Shown here: piece after piece, positions 51,462 to 61,134 of the stretch
Layout of the letters: each line of letters opens with the position of its first letter
Position numbering within the stretch: position 1 is the stretch's first letter
Assembly (NCBI GenBank): GCA_965222155.1
Contig: CBDCTH010000001.1
Span: 1-64,000 of the forward strand
Reading direction: 5' to 3'
From: Gammaproteobacteria bacterium
GTDB lineage: Bacteria; Pseudomonadota; Gammaproteobacteria; Eutrophobiales; Eutrophobiaceae
DNA length: 64,000 nt
Translations under genes and position numbers: made by a program
Notes under the pieces: generated by a model
Told to the model about the DNA's origin: nothing
Seen by the model: only the letters and a program-made list of their open reading frames with translations
The model's database searches: none

Positions 51462-52346
51462 CTACAAGTTCAGTTCGTGCAGGTTAATCTTGTATTGTCC
51501 GAGGTTGCCCCCATAGTTGCCGGCGGTAATTTGCCTGATCCCCGGTTTTGCGGCGGCCTGGATGCCTGCAGCCATGGCTTGCTTCACTGCTTGTTCCGTC
51601 AGGCCGTCAATCACGATTTCAAGGGCGCAGTTGACGTCTGCCGGGAGGCTGCTGTCGGTTACCGCTTTCAGCGTGGGACAGTAGGCGTCATTGGTGGACG
51701 CGGGCAGGGTCTTGTAACGTGAACCCACTTTGCTGCCACTGCGCACGACGCCATTGGGAAAGGGCAGGATAATATCTTTTATCGCTCCCATGGCCCGGGT
51801 GGCTGCGCCGGCCGCAGCCAGGGTTTTTTTCTCATCCGTTCCCAGTATGATGATATTACCTCCACCTACTGCCTGCTGTACGGCAAACGATTCTTCCACG
51901 GTAAACTCACCATCCATGACCGGGATACGCCAGAAACGCCGCTCTGCCAGCTTCTTGCTGCCCTGGAAACCATCGCCGAAATAACGCAGTAGTGAACCTA
52001 CCTGGACTATCTCATCACCATCCAGGCCGTTGAAACAAGCCGTAGTCGGGCAGGTCATCACGCATTGGCCGATACGTTCAAGCAGGCGCTTGCCCACCGA
52101 TGCTTTGTCCATGGCGAATAACAGGATGCTGACGCCTGGCCGACGGTCCGGGGTCTGATCGGATGACAGAAAGCCCTCAATGCCGGCCTCACATTTACAG
52201 CCGATCACCGAGGTGGCAAACCCGGTCATCGATTGCGCCGCGGCCTGGCACCACTGTTTGGTCGCCGCGGTGACGATCACCCGCGCCCCCCACATTTTGA
52301 AGGCCTCGGCAAAAGTTCCGACAATTTCAGTTGACCTGATTTTCAT
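51462..52346 (-). CDS. ftr: Formylmethanofuran:H4MPT formyltransferase, second copy
   Basis: TFAEAF, RIGQCVMTCPT, VRSGSKVGSRY, AGNYGGNLG. Confidence 0.95.
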   Translation of the reverse strand: MKIRSTEIVGTFAEAFKMWGARVIVTAATKQWCQAAAQSMTGFATSVIGCKCEAGIEGFLSSDQTPDRRPGVSILLFAMDKASVGKRLLERIGQCVMTCPTTACFNGLDGDEIVQVGSLLRYFGDGFQGSKKLAERRFWRIPVMDGEFTVEESFAVQQAVGGGNIIILGTDEKKTLAAAGAATRAMGAIKDIILPFPNGVVRSGSKVGSRYKTLPASTNDAYCPTLKAVTDSSLPADVNCALEIVIDGLTEQAVKQAMAAGIQAAAKPGIRQITAGNYGGNLGQYKINLHELNL

Positions 52347-53986
52347 TCTGATACCGTTGCGATTACTTCATGGTCATGCAGGTAACTGTCATTGACTGCA
52401 TAATTGGGGAATTCGATAGAATAATAACTCTCAAAAAACGGCCTTACTTCTGCGACTATGGATTCATCGTATTCAGGTTCCGTATGCAGGAATTTCCCGT
52501 AGAAATCCCGGCGGAACTCGTGGTTTTCGATAATGACGTTACCTGATTTGATCACGTAACGGGGCGCGTTGAACATGGCCTCCTTATCGTCCATTTCATC
52601 GTAGATGGTGATGTCCGCATCGGCGCCCGGCCCCAGGTGGCCTTTGTTTTTCAGGTTCAGAGCCCGGGCCGGTCCGGCGCGGGTAATGATGGCTATCTCA
52701 TTGAGTGTATATTCACGCTCCAGTTCATTCAATAAGGTGCCGTTAACGGCTTTCTGGTTGACGCGCTTGATTTCCTCCTTGCGGAATTCCTTGTCCATCA
52801 GCAGGCGGATCAGCTTTGGGTAACTCATAAAGGAACCACCGTTCGGATGATCAGTGGACAGAACGATACGCCAGGGGTCTTTTGACAGCAGGAACAATTC
52901 CAGGCCGATGGCCCATTGCAGGGCATGAACATAGACATGTTCCTGGTAGCTGAACGGAACGATGCCACAACCGCTTTCGCACTCCGTATCGGCATTTACC
53001 CATTTCGCTTTTTTGAAGCCCCTGAGCATATAGGCCAGTGGCGCGTCCGCAGTCATGATCGTGGCTTTACCGAACATGACTTGGCCGACGTCGCAGGTGA
53101 TATTGGGGTGGTCGTTAACGTACTCGGCGATCTGCCGGGACGCGGATTTAGGGTTCTTGCCGGGCTCTCCCGCGTAGCTGTGGAACTGTATATGGGCCAG
53201 GTGCACGCGCCTGTCGCCGGCCGTTCTCATGGTCTCCAGGGTAGTCTCGAAGTTGCCGCTATGGCCCAGGTTGTTGCAGTGAATATGGGGCGGATGCGGT
53301 AAACCCAATTCATTCACTGTTTCAATAAATGCATCGATAACCTGTCGGGGTGAGACTTCTATGACTTCACTTTTTTCATCGATATTCTTGACGTTGGAGT
53401 TCTTTTTACCCTTCCAGGGCTCATCTCCGCCCGGGTTCACCAGTTTGGCCGTGTAGGCCTTGGTTGCGTTGATCCACCAGGCTACTGCGTGACGGAATTC
53501 CTGTTTACGCCCGGCCTTGAGCAATTGCTGCAAAAAAATATTATTGCCCAGCAGCACGTAAAATCCCTTATCTATAACCGGCGTATCGTGGAATTCTTCA
53601 ATAGTATGGCGGGCGCCGATAGGAGTGACGGCCGCTTCCATGGCGGTCGTGTAGCCCAGGGTGGCATAACGGTATCCCGTTGCAAAGGTGGAAGGAACGG
53701 TGCCGCCGGCGCCGGACCGGGTGTGTTCCGTAGCGGGGTGGGGGTCACGGCGGTGGTCTTCGGGCTGCAGTTTCCTGGCCAGGTTTACCTTGGGGCCGGC
53801 TATGTGGCAGTGGATATCCACGCCGCCGGGCATTACCACCATGCCGCTGACGTCAATTCTCAAGGGTTTGGAGGTAGGAGTTTCGACTATGCGTCCCTGC
53901 TCCAGATAAAGGTCCTTTATTTCCCCGTCAATGCCGTTGGCTGGGTCATGAACCTTGCCCCCTGTAAGTTGAATGCACTCCGTCAT
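52343..53986 (-). CDS. fwdA: Formylmethanofuran dehydrogenase subunit A
   Basis: DIHCHIAGPKVN, KLVNPGG, HIHCNNLG, HIQFHSY, STDHPNGG. Confidence 0.93.
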   Translation of the reverse strand: MTECIQLTGGKVHDPANGIDGEIKDLYLEQGRIVETPTSKPLRIDVSGMVVMPGGVDIHCHIAGPKVNLARKLQPEDHRRDPHPATEHTRSGAGGTVPSTFATGYRYATLGYTTAMEAAVTPIGARHTIEEFHDTPVIDKGFYVLLGNNIFLQQLLKAGRKQEFRHAVAWWINATKAYTAKLVNPGGDEPWKGKKNSNVKNIDEKSEVIEVSPRQVIDAFIETVNELGLPHPPHIHCNNLGHSGNFETTLETMRTAGDRRVHLAHIQFHSYAGEPGKNPKSASRQIAEYVNDHPNITCDVGQVMFGKATIMTADAPLAYMLRGFKKAKWVNADTECESGCGIVPFSYQEHVYVHALQWAIGLELFLLSKDPWRIVLSTDHPNGGSFMSYPKLIRLLMDKEFRKEEIKRVNQKAVNGTLLNELEREYTLNEIAIITRAGPARALNLKNKGHLGPGADADITIYDEMDDKEAMFNAPRYVIKSGNVIIENHEFRRDFYGKFLHTEPEYDESIVAEVRPFFESYYSIEFPNYAVNDSYLHDHEVIATVSE

Positions 53987-54015
53987 ATTGTCTGCATAGG
54001 CGCCGCGGCTTTGTT

Positions 54016-54210
54016 AGCCCGTATTTCGCACCAGGTGATGCGCCCTCGCTTGTCTTTGTGCCGCCAGCGGGCACGTGTTCATTGCGCCCATCCCCCTGCT
54101 CAACTCCATACAGGGGCAGGCTCTGGGCGCAACCCTGCGGGCGGCCTGTGCCGTGCAAATTGTCTGTCCTGACGATTTGTCATCGCATCACCTGGTGCGA
54201 AATACGGGCT
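54016..54210. mobile_element. MITE-like element with 27-bp TIRs and a nested insert, overlapping the fwdB 3' end
   Basis: AGCCCGTATTTCGCACCAGGTGATGCG and its complement at 54184-54210. Confidence 0.75.
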
Positions 54211-55547
54211 GCGCCGGTTGTTCCTCTGGCCTGGCCTTTTGCCAGCACCAGTTCACGCACGCGTTTTTTGATTGCCGTCAGAATTTCCTCATCGGTCGGG
54301 AAAGGTGAGTCAAAGGCTTTACGCAAGGTGATGGGCACGTCGTCCATGCGGTAGACGGTGCCGGCCGTGTTAATGCCGTAGGTGGATGTCCGGAACGCCA
54401 CGTGCGCCAGCTTGCTGGTTATGGTGGTTTTGGTGTCCAGACATACAAAAGGAATTTTTGCCAGGTGGTCAATGGCCGCCTGGGGAAAATTGGATGCGGG
54501 GTCGGTGGCTATGATCAAGGCAGCATCGGCATCCCGCTTGGACAGCAAATCAACGGTGGTGAACTCGCCCGGGTTGAAACGGGGGAAACCACGGCTGAAA
54601 TTGACGCCGAAGGGATAACCGGTCTGCCAGGACATGACGTTATCGGCGCCGGTTACATTGCCATGGCCCCGCACAGGCTTGGCAACAAAATGGGTATATT
54701 CGTTCAGGTCCGTGGCCAGGGCCAGCAGGGCGCCTGAATTAAAGTGCCGGCCGCGGGTCATGGTCAGGCCCATGCCGAAAAACAACACGCCGTAGCGGCA
54801 CGCTTTCATCCTGTCGACCAGTTCCTCCAGGGTTTCCAGGCTGACCCCGGTAATTTCTTCGATATCGGGGTCTATCCTGCGGCTTTTGACCAATGCGCGT
54901 AACGCCCATAATACTTCAAAGTCCTTGCCAGGCTTCACCTGGATAAACTGGTTGGCTGCCGGTGTGCTGGGTGTCCTGCGTACGTCAACCAGGACTACAT
55001 GCCGATCTTTTTTGCCGCGGGGCGTGAACATTCCTTTGGCTGTGACCGCATAGCGGCCAAAGTGGCGCGGGTGGGATTCGGCCGGATTGCCGCCCCAGTA
55101 AATGACCAGGTCGGCGCGGTTTTTCACCTCGCCCAGAGTCATGGTGCTTTCACCCACTCCCTGGAGGGCAATGCCCGATGGCCCGTGGCAGACAGAAGTC
55201 GTAGTATCAATGTTGCCCTTGATGATATCGGCAATGGCTACGGCTTGCTTTTGCGCCTCACAGGTGGTGTCGCTGAGACCGTAAGTGATAGGGAACCTGG
55301 CGTTGACCAGGGTCCTGGCGGCTTCTTCCACGGCTTCATCAATGGAGACAGGCTGATTATCAATCAGCGCGGCAGGTGCGCCTTCTTCTATGTAGTGTTC
55401 CGCAAACCAGGCGCGGCCGAGTACGCAGGCGTTTTTCGCCTTGATAATGCGCTTTTTGTCCAGGTCCACCGTCAGTATCATGTCGTCACAGACACAACCA
55501 CAGAAAGTACAGGTGGCATTTTCTACAACTTTGATGTTTTCACTCAT
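54180..55547 (-). CDS. fwdB: Formylmethanofuran dehydrogenase subunit B (Mo/W-pterin catalytic subunit)
   Basis: CTFCGCVCDD...C [4Fe-4S] motif, SVCHGPS, TLGEVKNRAD, WGGNPAESHPRH, RGHGNV, RFNPGEFT, YRMDDVP. Confidence 0.93.
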   Translation of the reverse strand: MSENIKVVENATCTFCGCVCDDMILTVDLDKKRIIKAKNACVLGRAWFAEHYIEEGAPAALIDNQPVSIDEAVEEAARTLVNARFPITYGLSDTTCEAQKQAVAIADIIKGNIDTTTSVCHGPSGIALQGVGESTMTLGEVKNRADLVIYWGGNPAESHPRHFGRYAVTAKGMFTPRGKKDRHVVLVDVRRTPSTPAANQFIQVKPGKDFEVLWALRALVKSRRIDPDIEEITGVSLETLEELVDRMKACRYGVLFFGMGLTMTRGRHFNSGALLALATDLNEYTHFVAKPVRGHGNVTGADNVMSWQTGYPFGVNFSRGFPRFNPGEFTTVDLLSKRDADAALIIATDPASNFPQAAIDHLAKIPFVCLDTKTTITSKLAHVAFRTSTYGINTAGTVYRMDDVPITLRKAFDSPFPTDEEILTAIKKRVRELVLAKGQARGTTGAARISHQVMR

Positions 55548-55579
55548 GATTTCTCCCCACGGAATCGCGGCAAGCTATT

Positions 55580-55924
55580 TTAACTGATTTTTTCCACCTG
55601 GACAGAAATATGTTTTGACAGGGGCATGCCGCTGCCGGCGGTATCGCTCTCCATCAGGCGGCTGGAAGTAGGGCCATAGGCGATGAAGATCATGCCCTGA
55701 GGCAGGTCGGTGGCTTTTTTTGGAACACAGGTAACAACGACCTCGCCGATATGATTTTTCAGACGCAGCTTATCGCCGCTGTCGAAACCAAGACGGGCCA
55801 TATCATCCGCATTTATTTCAACGGTGGATGTGACTTCCCGATACTCGTCGCCGAGTTTTCCCTTGTTAAGGGAAGTCCCTTGCTTACTGGATCGTCCCGG
55901 GATCAACAACATGGTTACAGGCAT
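55580..55924 (-). CDS. fwdD: Formylmethanofuran dehydrogenase subunit D (molybdopterin dinucleotide-binding)
   Basis: GRS.KQG, EIN.DDM..LG...GD, GMIFIAYGP, T.GSGMP..K; first gene of the operon. Confidence 0.88.
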   Translation of the reverse strand: MPVTMLLIPGRSSKQGTSLNKGKLGDEYREVTSTVEINADDMARLGFDSGDKLRLKNHIGEVVVTCVPKKATDLPQGMIFIAYGPTSSRLMESDTAGSGMPLSKHISVQVEKIS

Positions 55925-56074
55925 ATATCAACTCCGTTAAAGTACTATCTGGATAGGTGAAATGAATCGGGAAATATGCCGGCGCCATAATCCACAGCTT
56001 TCAGATAATTAATACCATTTTCAGGGGGAATCGTCAAATCATCTTGGGGAGGCTACCGCTTAAGTCAGAGTTTT

Positions 56075-56150
56075 CTTAGAATTTATGGTTGTCCCGTATT
56101 AGAATATCCCCGCTTAGAATTTATGGGTGTCCCAAATTAGAATATCCCCG
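56075..56150. repeat. 38-bp direct repeat x2 between divergent fwdD and mptG
   Basis: CTTAGAATTTATGG(T/G)TGTCCC(GT/AA)ATTAGAATATCCCCG twice. Confidence 0.8.
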
Positions 56151-56164
56151 TGCTTTTGAAGAAG

Positions 56165-57127
56165 ATGAAACAACAAGACATCGCTGTTGCCGAAACGGTG
56201 AGGGTTGCCGCGGCAGCCCGCCTGCACCTGGGTTTCCTGGATTTGAATAGTGGGTTGGATAGGCGTTACGGCAGTATCGGGCTCGGGATAACGGGTTTCT
56301 CCACGGTGGTGAATGTCTGCCATAGCAACTGGCTGGACATCAACGGAGCGGATGATGAATATATCGCCCGGATTACGGAAACCGTCCTGGATTATTTCCG
56401 CATAAATTCCGGGGTCAGGGTTGAAGTTGAAGAGCATATTCCCCGTCACCAGGGTCTGGGTTCCGGTACCCAGATGGCATTGGCATTGGGTACTGCCATT
56501 ACTGGCCTGTACGGTATCGATACCACAGTTGAAGAACTTGCGATCGCAACAGGAAGAGGTGCGCGTTCCGGAGTAGGGTTGGGGGTGTTCAAGGAGGGTG
56601 GTTTCATTCTCGATAGCGGCAAAGCCGGGGGGCACAGGTTGCCGACGCTGATATTCCGCCACGACTTTCCTGAAGAATGGCAGTTTGTCCTGGTGATGGA
56701 TGAACGGGCCAAGGGGATAAACGGGATGGAAGAGATAGAAGCGTTCAATACATTGCCGAACAAGTCCTCCGAAGCAAGCGCGGAGATTTGCCAACAGGTA
56801 TTGATGCAGATGCTACCGAGTATTATAGAGAAGGATTGCAGTCAGTTCGGTGCATCTGTCAGCAGGATACAGGCGCGCATGGGCGAATATTTCAGCGCTG
56901 CCCAGGGAGGCCTGTTTGCCAGCGATAATGTCAAACAAACGCTTGAATTCCTTTTGGAAAACAAGGCAACCGGCGTCGGCCAGACATCCTGGGGGCCGAC
57001 CGGGTTTGCCGTATTCCCGGACAAGAAATCGGCAATGCAGGTCATGGACAATTTTGCCGGGCGGGATCCTAAGGTAACACTCCGGGTTGCCGGAGCGCGA
57101 AACAGTGGAGCCCGAAGCAGCAGGTGA
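56165..57127 (+). CDS. mptG: beta-Ribofuranosylaminobenzene 5'-phosphate synthase
   Basis: ARLHLGFLDL, IPRHQGLGSGTQ, RGARSGVG, GGFILDSG, GQTSWGPTGF. Confidence 0.92.
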   Translation: MKQQDIAVAETVRVAAAARLHLGFLDLNSGLDRRYGSIGLGITGFSTVVNVCHSNWLDINGADDEYIARITETVLDYFRINSGVRVEVEEHIPRHQGLGSGTQMALALGTAITGLYGIDTTVEELAIATGRGARSGVGLGVFKEGGFILDSGKAGGHRLPTLIFRHDFPEEWQFVLVMDERAKGINGMEEIEAFNTLPNKSSEASAEICQQVLMQMLPSIIEKDCSQFGASVSRIQARMGEYFSAAQGGLFASDNVKQTLEFLLENKATGVGQTSWGPTGFAVFPDKKSAMQVMDNFAGRDPKVTLRVAGARNSGARSSR

Positions 57128-57852
57128 TCTTCGGGGTCGGACCAACGTAATCTATTGATATTGTTATATAAAATGTTGCTTATAGGTCTGATTTAAGGCT
57201 TAGAACACTTTTTTGACGGTGAAAAACATCACTTTAAGACAGAGTAACAGGCTACGACGGTAAGCGATATTTCTTATAATGCCCATTTTCATGACAAAAA
57301 TTGCATTTTAAGGTTAAAACAAGCCATATATAGAAGTATAAACTAATAAAATCAAATAGTTATCCAGGTCCGACCCCACAGCCCGACAGCCTCAGCCCCC
57401 CCAGCCGGGAGCAACTCCCGGGATCGAGAGCATCCTGCCCTCGTGGAGGGCGAGACGCCCTCCCTCCCGGGGAAACATGCCCCTTTATGGTCAGAATATG
57501 CCCGAATCCGGCAAGCATCACTGTGACTCTTGGGGGACAGATTTAAATCTGTCCCCTGTGTCTTGTTGACATCGATTTAGCGGGAGCCGCTGGAAAGATT
57601 ATAAACATCTGGACATTTACCGGCATTGTTGTACAATCAACACTCTTGTCCGCAGTGTATGAAGTGATGCGGGTAGCTCATGTGGGGCCGGACGTTTCGC
57701 TGATTATCGACTGGATGATTGCAGTCAAATGGTTACGACTCGCATTTTTGGTCTTGCATATCCCGGGGTTCTACCCTGTTCGGATAATTCCGTGAATAGT
57801 TGGTGGCCGGTAAAGGCCGCATATTAATACAAGTTATGCAACTGTCAGTGAT

Positions 57853-58848
57853 ATGAGAAATTTTGACGCAGAAGAAAAAAACCTGAGCATCAACCACCTG
57901 ATCGCTCCTAAGGTAAATCAATTAATCAACTTTGCCCCCGGGCTCGGATTGAGTACCAGTCTCACGACAAATGGAAGTTTAATGATAGACGCGGGCATCG
58001 AGAGGTGTGGCAGTATTGAGGCCGGCAGGCAGATTGCCGAAATCTGTCTCGGAGGGCTGGCTACTGCGAGATTGCGGGCTTCGCGGGACTATGAAAACTG
58101 GCCATGGCAAGTGGATGTTCATACCAGCCATCCGGTGATTGCCTGTTTAGCCAGCCAATATGCCGGTTGGAGCCTTTCCAACGGCAAGGGTAAGGGCACA
58201 TTCAACGCGTTAGGATCCGGCCCAGCCAGGGCCCTTGGCAGTAGAGAACCATTATTTGATGAAATCGGTTATAGAGACAAGGCGGACAAAACCTGTATCG
58301 TATTGGAAGTTGATAGTATTCCGCCGGATGATATTGCCGATAAAATTGCAAACCGGTGCCAGGTTGTGCCGGAGAACCTCACGCTTATCCTGACCCCTAC
58401 TTCTAGTCTGGCCGGTGCAGTACAGGTTGTCGCCCGGGTGTTTGAGTCTGCATTACACAAGGCCCACACAATGCATTTTCCCCTGGAAAGAATTATAGAC
58501 GGTATGGGCACCGTCCCCCTGTGTCCCCCTGCGCCGGACTTTCTGACAGCCATGAGCCGTACCAATGATGCAATTTTATTCGGGGGTCATGTCCATTTGT
58601 TTGTCAATGCGGGTAAAGAAGATGCAGAGGCGCTGGCCCGTGCGTTGCCAAGTAATACTTCAGAAGACTACGGCAGGCCTTTTGCCGAGGTATTTAAAAG
58701 TGTTAACTTTGATTTCTACAAGCTTGATCCCATGTTGTTCAGCCCGGCCCGGGTTACCGTCAGCTCTCTCAAGACAGGGCATTCGTTTCAGGCAGGAGAG
58801 ATCAATCTGCCGGCCTTGAACAAATCATTCACCACTGTATTCAACTAA
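57853..58848 (+). CDS. mch: Methenyl-H4MPT cyclohydrolase
   Basis: ACLASQYAGW, GSGPARAL, TNDAILFGG, DFYKLDPMLFSPA. Confidence 0.96.
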   Translation: MRNFDAEEKNLSINHLIAPKVNQLINFAPGLGLSTSLTTNGSLMIDAGIERCGSIEAGRQIAEICLGGLATARLRASRDYENWPWQVDVHTSHPVIACLASQYAGWSLSNGKGKGTFNALGSGPARALGSREPLFDEIGYRDKADKTCIVLEVDSIPPDDIADKIANRCQVVPENLTLILTPTSSLAGAVQVVARVFESALHKAHTMHFPLERIIDGMGTVPLCPPAPDFLTAMSRTNDAILFGGHVHLFVNAGKEDAEALARALPSNTSEDYGRPFAEVFKSVNFDFYKLDPMLFSPARVTVSSLKTGHSFQAGEINLPALNKSFTTVFN

Positions 58849-58878
58849 GCCGGACAGTAATACCCGGGATAACCCGGC

Positions 58879-59712
58879 ATGGTTGACTTGGCAGCACAGG
58901 TGTATGACTGTTTTATCTATGATATCAATGCGTTAAAACCTGGTAATGTAGGTCGGCATGGCGCCGGTCATGGTATGGAATGTGCGGACTTTATCAAAAG
59001 TGCACAAGTTGTAACACCCATCCTGTGCAATCATCAGCTTAGGCTTGGCAAAAGAATTTTGGCCAGTGTCGAGGCCACTTTCAGCGCGGTTCATTGCAAT
59101 ACCAACCTGGGCATGCTATTACTTATTGCGCCTGTCATCAGGGTGTTTGAACAACTTGTCTCCCCGGGAGATTTTAAGGATGAGATCAAACACACCCTGA
59201 TGTCACTGGGGCGACAGGAGGCGCAGGACATATTCGCGGCCATTCGTCTGGCCAATCCGGGCGGTCTTGGCAAGGTAGATAAATATGACGTAAACTTGCC
59301 GCTGGATATTGATATTTATTCAGCTATGGATAGCGCGAAGGACCGGGATCTTATTGCGTTGCAATACGCAAACGGTTACCAGGAAGTCGTTAATTTGGGG
59401 ATAAAATGCCTACAAAACTATCACATTCGCTGGAATAGTGTAGAATGGGCAGTCGTTGCCTGTTATCTTATGTATATGGCGAGGTTCCCGGATTCTCATA
59501 TCCGCAGAAAATACGGGATCGAAATCGCAGAGCAGGTGAGGAAGAAAACAATTCCTGTACGGGACCGGTTTGCGGACTATGATAATCCGGGGGATGCGAA
59601 AGAGGTACTGATGATCTTTGATAAGGAACTCAAAGAATCGGAAATTAATCCTGGCACCTGTGCAGACCTGACTGTAGCCAGCCTGCTGTTGTACCGGCTT
59701 GGCGTTGGCTGA
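58879..59712 (+). CDS. CitG-like protein (orf7 of H4MPT clusters)
   Basis: KPGNV, NTNLGMLLL, ANPGGLG, PDSHIRRKYG, NPGTCAD. Confidence 0.88.
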   Translation: MVDLAAQVYDCFIYDINALKPGNVGRHGAGHGMECADFIKSAQVVTPILCNHQLRLGKRILASVEATFSAVHCNTNLGMLLLIAPVIRVFEQLVSPGDFKDEIKHTLMSLGRQEAQDIFAAIRLANPGGLGKVDKYDVNLPLDIDIYSAMDSAKDRDLIALQYANGYQEVVNLGIKCLQNYHIRWNSVEWAVVACYLMYMARFPDSHIRRKYGIEIAEQVRKKTIPVRDRFADYDNPGDAKEVLMIFDKELKESEINPGTCADLTVASLLLYRLGVG

Positions 59713-59830
59713 GATGTCAGTCGTGACTGTTGGAGTGGGAGATGGTTGATAGACCTTATGGAGGTTTATTATGTTTAAAATTCTTGAAAAACTTACTGGT
59801 ATTTTTAAAGCAGAAGAAGGAGGTAATGAT

Positions 59831-60343
59831 ATGGCCGTGATTGATAGAGTACTCGTTGGTGAAGCATTGGTAGGGGATGGTAATGAGGTAGCCCATATTG
59901 ACCTGATTATGGGACCCCGCGGTAGCGCGGCAGAGACCGCGGCCTGCAATGCCCTTACCAATAACAAAGACGGTTTTACATCCCTGTTGGCAGTCGTTTC
60001 ACCGAACCTGGCATGTAAACCTACTACGGTTATGTTCAACAAGGTTACCATCAAAGGCGCAAGCCAGGCCGTGCAGATGTTCGGTCCGGCTCAACGTGCA
60101 GTGTCTATGGCGGTGATGGATTGTGTTGAAGATGGCACCATTCCTGCCGACGAAGCCGATGATATTTTTATCTGTGTTGGCGTGTTTATACACTGGTTGG
60201 CTGAAGATGATGGCAAAATTCAGGATTACAATTATGAAGCCGTGAAGATGTCAATCAAACGTGCTGTTGCTCGTGAACCCAAGGCTTCCGAAGTATTGAG
60301 CAAGCGTGGAGACGCGGATCATCCGTTCCAGGCTCATTCATAA
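59831..60343 (+). CDS. fae: Formaldehyde-activating enzyme (alternative start 59771)
   Basis: [44 protein letters not shown]. Confidence 0.96.
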   Translation: MAVIDRVLVGEALVGDGNEVAHIDLIMGPRGSAAETAACNALTNNKDGFTSLLAVVSPNLACKPTTVMFNKVTIKGASQAVQMFGPAQRAVSMAVMDCVEDGTIPADEADDIFICVGVFIHWLAEDDGKIQDYNYEAVKMSIKRAVAREPKASEVLSKRGDADHPFQAHS

Positions 60344-60370
60344 CAACCATTTGTAACCACTTGTCGTACA

Positions 60371-60396
60371 ATAACCCCGGCGCAAGCCGGGGTTAT
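60371..60396. terminator. Putative bidirectional intrinsic terminator
   Basis: ATAACCCCGGC-GCAA-GCCGGGGTTAT between convergent genes. Confidence 0.65.
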
Positions 60397-60432
60397 GGTT
60401 TGGCCATGTGGAATATAAAGAACTGTATTTTT

Positions 60433-61134
60433 CTATATTTTCTGTAGCTGAAGCAAATGCCCGGATGTGATCTTTTTGTTGTGCAAAGATGAGGCAAGCA
60501 GCGCCCCGTGCACGCCGTGGGCGCTGAGCAGGCGCAAGTCATCCGCGTTACGCACGCCTCCGGCTGCATAGACCTGTTTGTCAGGCAGTTTATCGATCAG
60601 ATTACAGATGCGTTCCAGATCAGGCCCCCTATTGCTGCCTATCCGTTCCAGGGCCATAAGGATCAGGCGTTGCGGCAATAGATCAGGTCGCTCCAGCAAG
60701 TCTATATTGCCCAGAAGGCGTCTGCCGGTGTAATCCAGTGATAAGATACTATCCGGTTTACGCGTATAATCAGCGAGTTGATCGATGGCGATTCCAGTTT
60801 CCGAGCCCAGTACGTTGCTGACGCGATCCTGGAATGGACTGGAGTTTTCGCTGATGAACAGCTTCAGGCCTGAATCTATCCATAAGCTGATTTCGTCGTT
60901 AGTCTCCAGTAATCGAGTGATGAGGGCGTGGTTGTTGCCGTTATTTTCAATGGCATTGAGATCCGCGATGTAAAATGTCTTGAATGGGAATACCGACAGG
61001 TAGGCGCGGGTGACGGCCAGGATATCCGGTTCCGGACAAAGCGGCGTAGCCAGGGGCCGGTATGTTTGTCTTTTCCCCTGCCTGGCCGTAACTACCAGGC
61101 CGTCTTTCAAGTCGATGACGGGTATAATATGCAT
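60433..61134 (-). CDS. HisA/HisF-like TIM barrel protein (orf17 type)
   Basis: IIPVIDLKDGLVV, YIADLNAI, WIDSG, GSET, AAGGVRN. Confidence 0.85.
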   Translation of the reverse strand: MHIIPVIDLKDGLVVTARQGKRQTYRPLATPLCPEPDILAVTRAYLSVFPFKTFYIADLNAIENNGNNHALITRLLETNDEISLWIDSGLKLFISENSSPFQDRVSNVLGSETGIAIDQLADYTRKPDSILSLDYTGRRLLGNIDLLERPDLLPQRLILMALERIGSNRGPDLERICNLIDKLPDKQVYAAGGVRNADDLRLLSAHGVHGALLASSLHNKKITSGHLLQLQKI

